From NCBI RefSeq assembly GCF_964355755.1, contig NC_092671.1, forward strand, positions 9,238,001 to 9,302,000: a stretch of 64,000 bases of DNA, written 5' to 3'. A program made the position numbers and the translations under genes. Source of the stretch: Antedon mediterranea (taxonomy: Eukaryota > Animalia > Echinodermata). The first letter of the stretch is position 1. Each line of letters starts with the position of its first letter. This document shows, one piece after another, positions 26,201 through 38,875 of this stretch. The notes under the pieces were generated by a model, which ran no database searches, was not told the origin of the DNA, and saw only the letters and a list, made by a program, of their open reading frames with translations.

Positions 26201-28447
26201 TTTTGTTCCATACTATCTAATATACAAATGTTCAAATATTTTGCCTTGAATTCAAGTGGTGAATAATCACAGATCCAACAACCGTTTTGATTGAATCTGT
26301 CGGCGGAAGGAATTACATATTGCTGTGGGTTTATCTCATAATACAAGCAGGGCAAGTATTTCTGCTAGGTTCATCTTTCTAGGCTAGCCGTCAGCAACCG
26401 TCTCATTGTGGTAGAGCGAATGCTTTCAATCTACATACACACTCTGACATTTTCTAGGTCTCTTACTAAGAAGTCTATGTTTCGCATGTTGTATTTTATT
26501 TTTAGAGCTGGCGACTGGATATTGAGTAATTGTTCTCATCGATTAAATGGTATAACCATATTGACACATTCTAAAAGTGAAAGTTTTTCTACGAACGATA
26601 GATCATCTAGCATGGATCGAGTAAATAAGATTTTGAACAGAGCATTTTACTAGCGTTTTAAATCTATTTAAGTTGCTATTATATTTCTTAATAAGAGAAT
26701 AAGATAACATAAGTTTTATTCTCAGGAGGAAATGTTATTTTTTTTGTATATTTGAATTTATCCAAACCGTCTGTTGCTTATTTTACTACAAGTAAACTTG
26801 CTTAGGCCTACTTTTTTTTGTGTATTCGATGTTTACTCATGTTTCCTTCCATCAATTCCAATTGTTATAAAAGCGATAAATTACGATCTTAGCTTTGACA
26901 TGACACTAAAATGTAACTTCAGTGCCATTTCAATGCAGAACTTAGTATACATGATTCTATAAAGCTGTGAATTAGGCCTAATGATGATTTTGTTTTCATT
27001 GGTACATATTTATTCAATACTTATATTGTGGTATTGTAGGTTCATTCAATATCTTTATTTGGATTTCTCAGGTCATGCAACTAATTTGTGTTTCATGTGA
27101 ATTATACCGTGTTTCCTATTTTGTGGACAACTATTCCGTGATTTCTTCATCAAACAATTATTATTTTTAATTGTTACAATTTACAGAAATGTTTAAAAAT
27201 CGCATACCATTACAGTACTTTGCTGCTGGGTCAAATTCTTTCTATCAATTATATATTTAGGCTTATGTTATTATTAATCTGTTTCGGATACGGTAATGTT
27301 TGTTGAATGCACAGGGTGTACTGTAAGTCATAGGATCTTGGGTTAGCCCCATATCGTTAGTCATGGCTAGAATGTTTTTCTTTATGTGGAAGAATTTGAT
27401 TTTATTCATTCAGGCTTGGTTTGTTGGTCATTAAGACCTTAGGTTAGTGACATCTCTACCTCGTGACATTTTAATTTAATTGTAATTGCCATTATTATCT
27501 TCACCGTGATCATTCCTTATTCTCCATATCTGTCGTCATAATCCCTAGCCGTCCGTATCATCGCAAAATCATCATTTTCATTGTACAGTACTAATATCAG
27601 TAAGCTATTTTCATCCTCTTCCATTTGTTCATTGGATTCATTAATTATTTCTCATGATAAGTTTCCTATTTTTCTTTGAATATTAAGACTATGTTTTAAT
27701 CGGACGGTTCATGATTTAAGAATGATTGATTGAAATGCAACAATAGAATTACATGTCGGAAACTACATATGTTTATTGTTTTTATTGACGATTTTGAAGA
27801 GACGTTTTGCCCTATGCCCAATTGCACATGATTGCTTCTGTAAGTTAATCTACCATAAACTATCAAGTTCCAAGAACAGTTCATTACTTAATTAAATACA
27901 AATGTCGTTTTAGTAATTACATCTGTTTTTCAATATATTTCAATAGGCCTATCTATTCAAAAATAAATTTATATTATTCTATAATAAGTTATTTTCGTTT
28001 TAGTTCATGAGTTTGATTTTTAAAATCGGCAAAAACGAATAAAAAAATATCATAAAAGTCTCTTCTCAATAATATGCATAATTATCTAATAAATATTCAT
28101 AAGGTGGTTCTTTTAATTATAAATATGTACATATCTTTAAATAGCGTGACCATCAGTATACTTCATTTTATATAATTAATATCTTTGGCGTACAAGTCTT
28201 TGATCCCAGCTCAAGTGGCGAATTAGCAAATTGTTAACTTCATTGATATATCTACATTTTACATGAAGATAACGTAACAAAATATAGTTATTCTGGACAA
28301 TATTTACATAAAAAATATATTACATACATTATATATTATTGAAAAATATCTGAAGGGCTCAGAAATAAAAAAAAAAATACTGTTTTTCTCTGGATTCCTT
28401 ATGTTATGTGTTATGATTTACGTATAGCATTGTATAAGTTGTTTTGA

Positions 28448-29095
28448 TCATACTTCTTCTATGGCAGTATACATTGAGTCTGAATTAATGCTAAACATGG
28501 AAGGTAGTTCATTTTCATATACTGGAGATCCGTCACTGTATACCGCGCTATCGTTAGATATATGTCGCTTTCTTTTTCGTTTGTTTTCAGGTTTTATAAT
28601 GTCTGAGCCGTAATAGAAATCGTCGTAACCACTTTCGGAATCGCTAAGCTGTTCTTCGTTCGGTACAACGGCGTCTGAGAATGATTTTCTTATACTATCG
28701 TCATCGTCGTCTGTCCATAGTTGTTCTTCCTCGTCTTTAAATGATATTAACGATGTGTATGTGTCCAAATCTGGCTGTGTTTGCTCATCAGATGTCCTGT
28801 ATGTTTCTGAATGCATTGTTTCTTCGCATTGTTCTGAACCTGATGACATTTCGTCGTCGCTTGTTTCCAAAATAACTTCTTTATTTGATATCTCCAAACC
28901 TTCTTCATCAACTAGGTAGACATTATGAGCGGCGGCCAATTCTAGCATGCAAACCATTGCTTCACGTGGTTCAAGAAACCATTTCATATCTTCTTGGTTT
29001 GCGCCTAGTACAAGCGGAGAATCTGTCAGAGCCCTGTAACTAATCTCACGGTGAAAGCTCTGGTCTATAACATGTTGAGCCTCAAATAGATAGTC
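28448..29095 (-). CDS. Desulfurase-like last exon (DYLFEAQ...KWFLEP... acidic tail ...AIEEV*)
   Basis: aacag acceptor, in frame with ORF 28448-28987. Confidence 0.85.
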   Translation of the reverse strand, partial: DYLFEAQHVIDQSFHREISYRALTDSPLVLGANQEDMKWFLEPREAMVCMLELAAAHNVYLVDEEGLEISNKEVILETSDDEMSSGSEQCEETMHSETYRTSDEQTQPDLDTYTSLISFKDEEEQLWTDDDDDSIRKSFSDAVVPNEEQLSDSESGYDDFYYGSDIIKPENKRKRKRHISNDSAVYSDGSPVYENELPSMFSINSDSMYTAIEEV

Positions 29096-32000
29096 CTGTT
29101 TAAGAAAAAAAGCTAAGAGTTAATTGACGAAACCAACAATTGCTATTAAGGAATTTTAATTAAATTATTTACTCGAAGTGAAACATACAGCAACTGATAC
29201 AGTTAATAATTAAATTAGTAATTTTTTGTCTAAAATTAGAGAACGTTAAATCGTTTGTTTCGAGATCAAATAAAACAATGTAATAAAACTCCTCAAGTTA
29301 AAGTTAACTGATTGATGAGATGTTTATAGCATTTTTTCCAGATTCAATCAAATGAATGCCTCCGGTACTATGAGTTTGAAACGCATTGCAAACAACCCAC
29401 GCGTTAAAAACTAGCCCACGCGTTACAAACTCAATATGATATAAAATAAATTTCATGGAAAAGAAGTAGACCTACGTACCGGTAGAGAGCGAGGGGAATG
29501 ACTGTTTGCTTTATGTGTTGGTCCAGGAACAAAACGTCCATTTTTGTCATAAACGATATCCAACAGACTTTTAAATCCAGCTCCACATTTAGGTAAAGAG
29601 TCTAAGGCACGATGTTTCCATAAGCCTGTGAAAGAGTCGAACTCATACTGCGGTAACAGTTTCCATCCATGAGTAGCAACAGTGTCCACTGCACACAAGA
29701 TGTAATCTATTACATCGTCTGATACAAAGAATGGAAGATTTAGTCGGGCAAATCCAGGCCTGATGATCTCTGATGGTTGTTCGTTGTATATCTTGAGTCG
29801 GTCCTCTCGTACAATCTCATAAAACCTTCTTGCACTTTCTTCTGTTATACCAAGAAGATCCTAAATATAAAACAAAACAATATTTAATGCCAACGTTTTG
29901 AGTATAGTATTTTTGTTAGCTAGAGAATCTGCCACCGATCTTTCCATCATTCACTTATTTATTTCTTCTAAACGAGATTAAAAGCTTCAATATGCTTGAT
30001 TATACTAACGATGATAATATAGTAACTTACATGTGCGTATGGTCCTGCGCATGCGCATCCACCACGTGCTTGTATTCCGTACAGGTCGTTTAATAATGCT
30101 GCGATGAAGTTATGGTGTAAGGCTTTACCGGTTAGCGGATGTCTCACTAAAAACGAAAAGATGGGTAACCTTTCAGCTTCTGAGTCGCCAAGGATGATTA
30201 GATTTTCGTTTTTTGACCATTTTTCAAAAGCTCGTCTATAAAGCAAAAACAAATTATTAATGATTAGGTGTATAATAATTACATCCTTGTGTTGCTAATT
30301 TTATGAAATATCTCAATTTAGGGAAACATCTATTTTAACCATATATAGGTATGATATTATGCGAAGTACAGTAGTATTATTTTTATGACGCAGTTTTGTC
30401 ATATGGAAACAATTGTTCAATTTTTTACAATCTGATGATTGACGGTATTTTCTTCTATAGGCGGCTGTTAAAATCATTGAAGTATCAATTTTGTCTGACG
30501 TCATCAAATACAAATGGTTCAAGGTAAGTTTACACATTGAATACAATTTTATAAAATTATGATGACGTCACAAAGAGTTCCGTCAATACATAACCACGTG
30601 TTTTTATGTTTACATTGATGCTTTACAAGATTCAGAATTAAAGTATGTAAAATATGCTAAGGAAACTTTAGTGAAAAACTGTTTATGATATATAACCAAA
30701 GATATAAAACTAGACAATAATACAAATATAGGACATTAAATGATATATTACCTTGATAATTCAGCTTCTCTTTGTTCTATAAATTCTGGACCGATGTTTT
30801 GTTTTAATTGGAAAACTAATCCAGCTCTGATTGACTCGATAATTGCTGGTGTACCCCCTTCTTCTCTTGCCTCAATATCTGATATATAATGGTGCATGTT
30901 TCTGGAGACCTGTAGAAAAACATCAGTAGAATTTAGCTTAGAATTTAGCTTATTTTATTTATTCCTATTAACACACCACTCTTTCCACTTTGTAGGAACT
31001 GGTGTTGTATTTACTATAAAAGGAAATAATTCTCTACATAATATATACATGTACTTTATTTCTTTGCTTTTTCTGTGTCAATATTCCAACGTATTTGGCT
31101 CTTTTTACAATATTTTACTTACGTAATGAACTGTACCGCCTCCAGCGCCTGCTGGGACTTTGTTTTGGAAAATGTGCTTTTTGGCGATTAATAATCCCGG
31201 TGTTCCCGGTCCTCCTAAAAACTTGTGGACAGATATGAAAACTGCGTCTTTTGAACAATCACAATCACATCTGTAGAAATAAAACAGTATTATCTATTAA
31301 CATTTTTTAAAACTGTTAATGAAATTAAGATGGAAAATCGATCGAATCTATTGATATCAACAAAACAGCTTTGTTGGTATCACTTTTGAAATAGTTAGTC
31401 TTACTTACGAAGATATTATGCTAATGATAGTACGTATACTTACGTTTCACAGTTAGGATTCATATCGATGTTTACGTAAGGTGCTGGAATACAAAGAAAT
31501 AACATACTTAGAATTAGATACATAGGCCTAACAAAAATACAATATAGGTAACGTACGTATGTCAAGTAGGATTTAGGGTCAGTTTGACTAAGGAATTTAA
31601 ATCAAACATTTTGCAGAGAGATTATTAATTAAAATATTTACCTGCTGTGGCATAATCCCAGAATGCAAGAGCTCCGTAACGGTGCAATAACGCTGATACG
31701 GCATTTGTATCTGTAAGAATTCCAGTTACGTTTGAAGCTGCAGAAAAACAACCGATGACGCTGTCGAATTTTGTCGAACAGTATTCAAGTTGGGCTTTCA
31801 GGTCGTTCAAATCTAGTAGACCTTTCACCGTACGTTGTATTCTAATAACCTATAAGAAGAAACAAGAGGTTAAGATACGTTTGGAAATCAGAAACTTTTG
31901 ATTGGTTCTTCTTTCTATATCTTGTAGTACTCATACTAAAATTCAATAAGTTGAATAATAATATTAGTATCTCCATGGTGAGATATTATATATTAGTACT

Positions 32001-33958
32001 TACTGTAGCTCCAGTTTCTTTCCATGGAAGTATGTTAGAATGATGTTCAAATGGACCAACAAGAACCGCCGTTGCTTTAGCTTTGGCGCCTTCCAGCTCC
32101 AGAGCATGAACTAGTTTATGAATAGCTCCGGTAGATCCACTTCCAGAAAATATAATGGCATCTTCGTCACTTGCATTTACGCATTCTCTGATAACCTGTC
32201 TGTTAGAATAAATCAATGTTGAATTATTATTAGTAACAATTTGTCGTCAAATTGTTGTTCGGAATTTTGGAAAATGTTTACACTGTAGGTGATATCTACG
32301 TCTTAAGGTCTAAGATTCAAAATGTTACATACTTTGCTTCGTGCCTAAAGGTAGTCATCTGTCTTGAGGTAATACTAGTTGTTGTGTGAGTGTTCCCGTA
32401 AAGTGGGCTAACTTCTTGTTGTATGTAATCTTCAATAAATTTCAATGACCTGTACAAAGAAGGATAAGTATTAGATTTGTTAACTTGTGAAATATAACCT
32501 TTGTCTGGTATATTTATTAACTGGGATCATTAGATTTGATTTGATAATTCGGATAAAATTATTGTGATTTTCCTTATTGGGTGTTGGTTGTTGTTACGTC
32601 ACCAAGGGTCTTATACAATATTGTTTTAACAAGTTTTGTATAAACCTTTGTAATCATGGGATCTTCACGGTAACAAGGGACAAAAAAGTGTATATTTTTA
32701 TAAATTGTAAGATTTACGTCTAGACACTTTTGTTTTCAACTGCTCTCACGCGATTCATTTTATTACTAAAATCTTAATTAACAATCAAAGTTTCGTTAAT
32801 ATAGTGAATGTTCAATTTTAAAGGTAGAAAAACCTTCAATTTTTTATTCTTACAAATAACATTGAAGGCTAGTTTGCTTACCTTCCGGAAGCTGTGTAAT
32901 CGCAATAAACAACTAAAATAAAGAAAGAAACAATATTGTTAATAATACTATTCTCAATAGAAGGTCAATTAAGGGGTACCTGGGAATAAGGTATACACAC
33001 GGAGGACAATCTAGGTACAGAATTGTAATAAGAATCGGAAAACAGGGGATAATGATTCAATACAATATATCAATACATTAAAAAACAGAGGATGTATTAC
33101 ATCACTCGAAGGACTTTTGTGTTTTGTCAACAACGTACCTAGATGTCTTACGTAAGTACTGTAATTGTAAAAAAGGTATTATGTACAATTCCTCTCTGAT
33201 ACAATTATTAGATGGTATTATACATTACATTTCAGAGTTAAAATAAAAAAAAAGACACAGTTATTTTTCTCTTTTGCTTTAAAATGTGCCACACATGTCA
33301 AGATACAATTAGTAAGGAACTTGTGTTTACATGATTTAGCAAATTTCTCCGTAATTAATGTCTGTTCGCAATATTAAACATGATACTATACGACATTTCA
33401 ACCGTGGTTCCGATTTATACAGAATGTTAATTAAGTTTACTATACACCATTACACAAATAATAAATAAATAGTAATATGCTTTAATAACCGGAGCATAGC
33501 TGCTTATGCCGCTCCAATTCACACACAATTTGGACACAAATTTGAAACTACTGAAATACGCACACTGGTAAAAAATAAATATGCACAATTGTTGATATCT
33601 TTAAATGTCCATAAACACATGGGGCAAAGAGAGAACACATTTAATTTAACAATTTTGATTATGATTTAAATGTAGGCCTATATTATGTAGGCCTATATCA
33701 AATATCAAAATAAATTAACAGGCCTCTTTCCTTATACGATATATATATATATGTCTATTAAACAATTCTCCCAAAACACTGTAAAAGAAAATGTTAATAT
33801 TATTAATAATGTATACAATTATTAGAATAAAACTTAGAAAACCTACTTTTTCTTTCGCCAAATGGACCGGTAAAAACAGTATCTGATCCGACAACATTTC
33901 GTTCAACTTCTTTCAGTAAACATTCCGTTTGTACAGAGTGATTCCGTTTTGTCTTCAT
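28448..33958 (-). CDS. PLP-dependent aminotransferase class V / cysteine-desulfurase-like protein, 11 coding exons, 747 aa
   Basis: Exons 33847-33958, 32882-32912, 32333-32449, 32004-32199, 31642-31849, 31444-31483, 31123-31270, 30752-30909, 30031-30235, 29480-29860 and 28448-29095. All introns are GT-AG with compatible phases (2244 nt total). Motifs: GPFG, YCDYTASGR, YGNTHT, FSGSGSTGAI, EHHSNILPW, SAASNVTG, WDYATAAPY, SVHK (PLP Lys), GGGTV, REEGGTP, RGGCACAGPY (putative catalytic Cys), RPGFARL. Confidence 0.92.
29480..29860 (-). CDS. Desulfurase-like exon 10 (DLLGITEE...RPGFARL...SPRSLP)
   Basis: ag/gtacgt, 127 codons open. Confidence 0.85.
30031..30235 (-). CDS. Desulfurase-like exon 9 (RAFEKW...GIQARGGCACAGPYAH)
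   Basis: ag/gtaagt; putative catalytic Cys loop. Confidence 0.92.
30752..30909 (-). CDS. Desulfurase-like exon 8 (VSRNMHHY...REEGGTPAIIESIRAG...)
   Basis: ag/gtaata; conserved E.GTP motif. Confidence 0.92.
31123..31270 (-). CDS. Desulfurase-like exon 7 (CDCDCSKDAVFISVHKFLGGPGTPG...GGGTVHY)
   Basis: Contains the PLP lysine (codon 31222-31224). Confidence 0.92.
31444..31483 (-). CDS. Desulfurase-like exon 6, 40 nt (APYVNIDMNPNCET)
   Basis: ag/gtaagt, phase compatible. Confidence 0.88.
31642..31849 (-). CDS. Desulfurase-like exon 5 (VIRIQ...SAASNVTG...WDYATA)
   Basis: ag/gtaaat; contains the PLP-binding Asp. Confidence 0.92.
32004..32199 (-). CDS. Desulfurase-like exon 4 (QVIRECV...EHHSNILPWKETGAT)
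   Basis: ag/gtaagt; conserved EHHSN motif. Confidence 0.92.
32333..32449 (-). CDS. Desulfurase-like exon 3 (SLKFIEDYIQ...YGNTHT...HEAK)
   Basis: Bounded by ag/gtatgt, phase compatible. Confidence 0.9.
32882..32912 (-). CDS. Desulfurase-like exon 2, a 31-nt micro-exon (VYCDYTASGR)
   Basis: Bounded by ag/gtaagc and encodes the family's conserved YxDxTASG motif. Confidence 0.9.
33847..33958 (-). CDS. Desulfurase-like gene, coding exon 1 (MKTKRNHSVQ...GPFGERK)
   Basis: ATG at 33958, donor gtaggt. An acceptor-like ttttag ends at 33983, so an upstream exon may exist. Confidence 0.85.
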
Positions 33959-34856
33959 AGTAATATTCTTGTAGTAGACTTGCTAAAAACAGAAAATAAA
34001 TATGTATATATATAGTATAATGCGTATGTCCTAAGCCAGTACTGAGCTCAGATTATTCCGTCTACATCCAATGAGTCGTAACGCTAAACTGGTGAATCGA
34101 TCTGTGTAGCGAGTATTTAAGCGCAGTCAAGTGAATCTACCCAGTCAATGATTGAGTTTGACACGCCAGCTGATGACGCGTTCTTTGAACAAGAACACCG
34201 CCCACTTTCACGACGTACTTTCCGTATTCCCATTCTTTTGGTTTGAACTGACCGCCCCTATTCTTTCTTTCAACATAAACATATTTCTAAATATTTGTGT
34301 TGGGAGGGGTGTAGTAACAAAGTTGAAATGGAATTTTAATTGTGATTTACACCGGAACCAACAAAATGATAATACATTAAATTTGGACGATTAAAAGAAA
34401 CATCATTTATATAAATACCTATATATTTTTTCATATTGTTATTGAAATATTTGATCAATTATTATATATATTATATGTTTGTATTGCAAAATTGATGTAA
34501 AGCACAAATATAATTATTAGTACCATTTTGTTTATACAGTTTGTAAAAAATAGGCATGTAAAAAACAATCACCCGTAATGTTGGCATAGGTGACGTGAGG
34601 TTTGTTGACGGGAAGTGAATCCATCCTGTAAAATGTATAGGCCTACTGGTTGATACAAGAATGTTAATTCTTTTTTCACGGTACAATAAGAATAAAACGA
34701 TACCAAAAAACTTTCAACTAATCCGAGCCTGGGAAAGCTATTATTTATAGATATTTGTATTTATGTATTGTTGGCAAGTTGGCAACAATAATTGTGTTAG
34801 CATATCCAAATACTTATATGAGTAACCCGATTCCCAGTGCTGTATCTCCACATACC

Positions 34857-35025
34857 ATCTATTTCCGAAGAATCATAGGAATTATTGGTAATACAGCATC
34901 TCATTTATATCACATGTGGTGCCTGTATCATGTAAGGTTAGGTTAAGGGTAGGTTATTCTAGATACATGTGAAACACATGTGATGTTGTATTACCAACTA
35001 TTCCTATGATAATTCGGAAATAGAT
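34857..35025. mobile_element. Palindromic MITE-like element with a (GGTTA)n core
   Basis: About 60-bp imperfect inverted arms at 34857-34917 and 34965-35025 surround aaggttaggttaagggtaggtta. Confidence 0.65.
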
Positions 35026-38000
35026 ACAGTACCGAGAATTAGCTGAAAAAGAAGGTTCATTTGCTATCTAACCGTGGCCATATAATATTGTGCAGTATAA
35101 TTCAACTGAAAGTAATAAAATAAAATTTCAACTCGGAAGCAGACTAGTAACAGCTTGGGTCGCGGTCTTTTGCTTTATTGAATCTACAGTTAAAACATGC
35201 CGACGACGTTACGGCTAACAAGAATCATTTCGCTCTATTAGCAACTTTTAAAATGCCGTTATAATTTGTGTTTTATTATTATAATATATGCATTCATCTT
35301 GTCCGCCGTCACTGCAGCCCAGGCCGACCGGTGTAATGAATTTTTGGTTTGTTACGCCTTGTCGATTTCCGGATGCATTCACTAATACACAGTTGAGAGA
35401 AGATGAAAGCTTTAGCGCGGGGTTAGGTTGGGAAGAGAAAAGATGCCTAATGTTCATATGGATTTTGTCTTAAGAAATTGGTCGGCAAAGGCATATGGCC
35501 ACATGATTGTGTGGTGTGAGCGTTGGGAGGCACGTATAATTTAATTTATTATACTGTCCTCTCTATTGTTCTTCTATCAGATGTAGGCCTGCAATTCTGT
35601 TTTGTAAATTTATAGTTTTAAGTTATTACAATAGAAAACTATCCCTACTTGTATGTGCTCTTGTGAACAAGAACGGTTTCGTTTTTGAGTAGCCTACTTT
35701 ATCACAAGATAAGATCAAAACTGTAAACTATATTTTTAGGAGGGTAAATATAGGTTTACTTATCAATTGTTACGATTTGATACTGTTCCTAAGTACTAAC
35801 CGGCAACAGTACTAGTTTCATTCAAGTGTGTCATGTTTATTGTATTCTTTTCACATACATGCTTTCATCTTTCTACACTGAATTAGCTATTAACACAAAC
35901 TTGTCGCGACCGATTAATCCGAAGAATTACTAATGATTTTGAGTACGACTTTCACTGAAGCCTACAAATTCACAGAGAATTGCATTATAAAAGATATTGT
36001 AAATGCGATAGCATCTACATTATTCTTTATATATAAATCCAAAGGCAAAAATTACTTGTGTAATTCTGTGAATTGCTAGGCCATATCACAGTATTTTTTC
36101 ACTGAAGTATCAATTGCAGTTTCAGATTTGATAGATAGCAAAAATGCGACGACAAGCAAAATAATATGAAACATAATCATGTGATGAAAATATTTAATCG
36201 TGGAATCGTCTGCTTTCCCATTAGACAGTGTATTTCTGGAACTTGTCTGAATCAGAAAAAGTATTACATAAATTTAAAAAAAGAAAGAAATTAGGCGCGT
36301 AGACAATGTCTGATGTAATTCTAGGCTGTACAAGTCAAAGCACAGGTTGCGTGTGGAAACCACCTCAACGGAGGAAGTGTGATTCACTCGCGAGTTGTAA
36401 ATTTGACCTGAAGTTACGACTATGGCCCTCATTGACGTTATTATCTTAATGGTGGTAGACGATTTTCATGACGTTGTATACAAATATATACATCTATAAT
36501 AAGCGTTTCATTGGTAAATGTGAAAGTACTATTAAAGATCAAATCTGTATGTGAATAGTGGATTTGAGTTTATTTATTATTGTAATTCATAAATTGCAGG
36601 ATGGTTATTCAGCATGCGCAAGAGGTGCGCGGAAATAACCTAATCTAACTTGTTTCCATGCATTAGCCGTGGGCGCCGCATGGCAGATGTAACAGGTCAA
36701 CTTTTTGTGTTACAGGTACTCCACAGAGTAACAGATGCCAATAAATAGTGACATATAGTTTCACCCCATTCTACCCAAAAGAGTTGACTTCTTAAAGGTT
36801 ACATTCACCGATTTAGGCGGAGTAAGGATTGGGTCTTGCATCAATTTTCGACCTGATATTTCGACAGAATGTATTTATTTTGTAATTTACTCTGTCTATT
36901 ATACTACCTGCTTCAGAAAACATTTTAGACAAGATAATTTCAGGTAACGAAGCCCTGCAGATTTGCACACTCTCTTGTACCTTGGGTGGAATATAGGCCT
37001 AAACTATTATAGTACTGTAATTTCCACTTTCAGACGACAAAAGGAAAATTGGGAGTGTGTACAAAATATCAACACCATGTGAATGTTGTTATTTGTACTA
37101 TGTAATCGTAATCTGGATGGTATACCATTGCATGTTAAACTTCAAGATTACTATCTATATAGGCCTTTCAGAGTATACTCAGACATAGTCTGGTCTGTAG
37201 AACAATCAGACATCATAATTGAAAGAAATAAGTGTTGAAAGACAAGTCTCTAAAATAAATTAGTAAAATATGACTGAAAATTTGTTTGCCAAAATACATA
37301 TTTTATATTTGATAATTTATTCTCTGTTGTGTCTCGTTGTTATCTTTTATTCCAGATATCAAGTTGTCGGACATTTTTTTAAATCTTAGAGTTTGGTTCG
37401 TCAAAAGTTATTATTAAATTGTTACAAGGCTGTGTGTTTGATCGTTCGTTTTAACGTGTCTGTCTATATTTGAGGTACAAAATGCCACACAGAGTGATGT
37501 TTTAACATACGCATCAAATTTATACTTAAGATTGAAATATCAAAGGTGGAAAAGGTCCCAATATGTTATATAAGTTTGTTTGCTTGTTATGTTTCTTTGG
37601 TCGATCGCTAGTTTGTTTTGGCATAGAAGCCGTTCGTTTTGGCGGTTAAATTCGCATCATAATTTTACCAATGACGGAATATTTGTTTTATATTCTATAT
37701 AACATAAATTTTATATTATTTTTTTTTAATATATTATTCGTATTTTTGACAAAGCATGATGTTGACATTTTTCCAAACTTCCACCTGTCAGTGGTCAAGT
37801 ATAATCTCAGTGGTCAAGTATAATCTCAATGATTAGTAAAAGTGTATCCACACCTGATGTCAAGAATCTTAAGGTATGCGTAACATCAAAGGTACCGACC
37901 GGGATACTCTCAACATTACCTGATGGTTAAAGATGCTTAAGAATATCCTACGTAAATACTGTTATAGGATAAGCATACACTTCACATACAGCTTTATCCT

Positions 38001-38875
38001 CTTAGATTGTGGGAAAATATTTGTGTACGTTTACTATTATGACGTTTTGAGAAATCAAAATAATTGTTTTTTTAAAACTATTTAACATATTAATTTGATA
38101 ATTCTATAATTCTATAATAGTTATAATTTGTATAGCACTTCTCATAAACACCTGATATTAAGAATATGTTAGGTCTATTCATTTTTTGTGGTTTTTTCAA
38201 AATGTTAAGTAACAAATAAAACTGCTCTTACATATTTAATAATTCGTATAGCGCTTCTCAATCTATTAGACGCCTGGAATTAAGAATGTGTTAGGCCTAT
38301 TCAAAATTATTTTTGAATTATTAGGACTATCATTATTATTATTATTATTATGTTGATGATTCAAAACATGACAAAACAAATCAGTCGTACCAAAAGTGGG
38401 TCTCTCGTATCAAACTTACATTGCTTTTGGTAATGCACACATATGCGGAGGCTGCCCAAGATATAATATAATTTTGATCAACTTTACACAAAATTTGTTC
38501 AATTCCCCCGCCCCCCTTTCCGCCACCAAAGACAATTTCTGGAATTAGCTTCCAGCGCCTAATTCTGAAGCAGCAGTTGTTTGTCTATTTACATTATATT
38601 TTTGTATCAAACTATCAGCAATTTTACTATTAGAGTTTTAGCCTGAACTTTTATACCACCTTTATAAGGGATTTTATACCGGATACCAATCCTAGGCTTA
38701 TTATTCTGCCTCTCGGAAGTCACCTTTAGCGTACCTGTACAAAGATAACGAATTATGATCAAGATAATTTATTTCTTCATTTCTATTACCACCATATGCC
38801 AAATTTCCAGGTTTAGCCTAACCCTGAAGCGGATACATAGAGTACTAGCCATTTATCAGACGGGTCAGGGGTGCA

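Noticed and set aside
33715-33906. 63-aa ORF as the first exon of the desulfurase-like gene
   Set aside because: Wrong frame. The real exon (33847-33958) is in another frame and encodes the conserved GPFG motif.
4-33958. Functional linkage (operon or cluster) between the tubulin and desulfurase-like genes
   Set aside because: They are 27 kb apart in a eukaryotic genome and share only a strand. Nothing in the sequence supports co-regulation.
28448-33958. Bacterial contamination or recent horizontal transfer of the SufS-like gene
   Set aside because: It has ten canonical spliceosomal introns and host-like composition; any transfer would have to be ancient.
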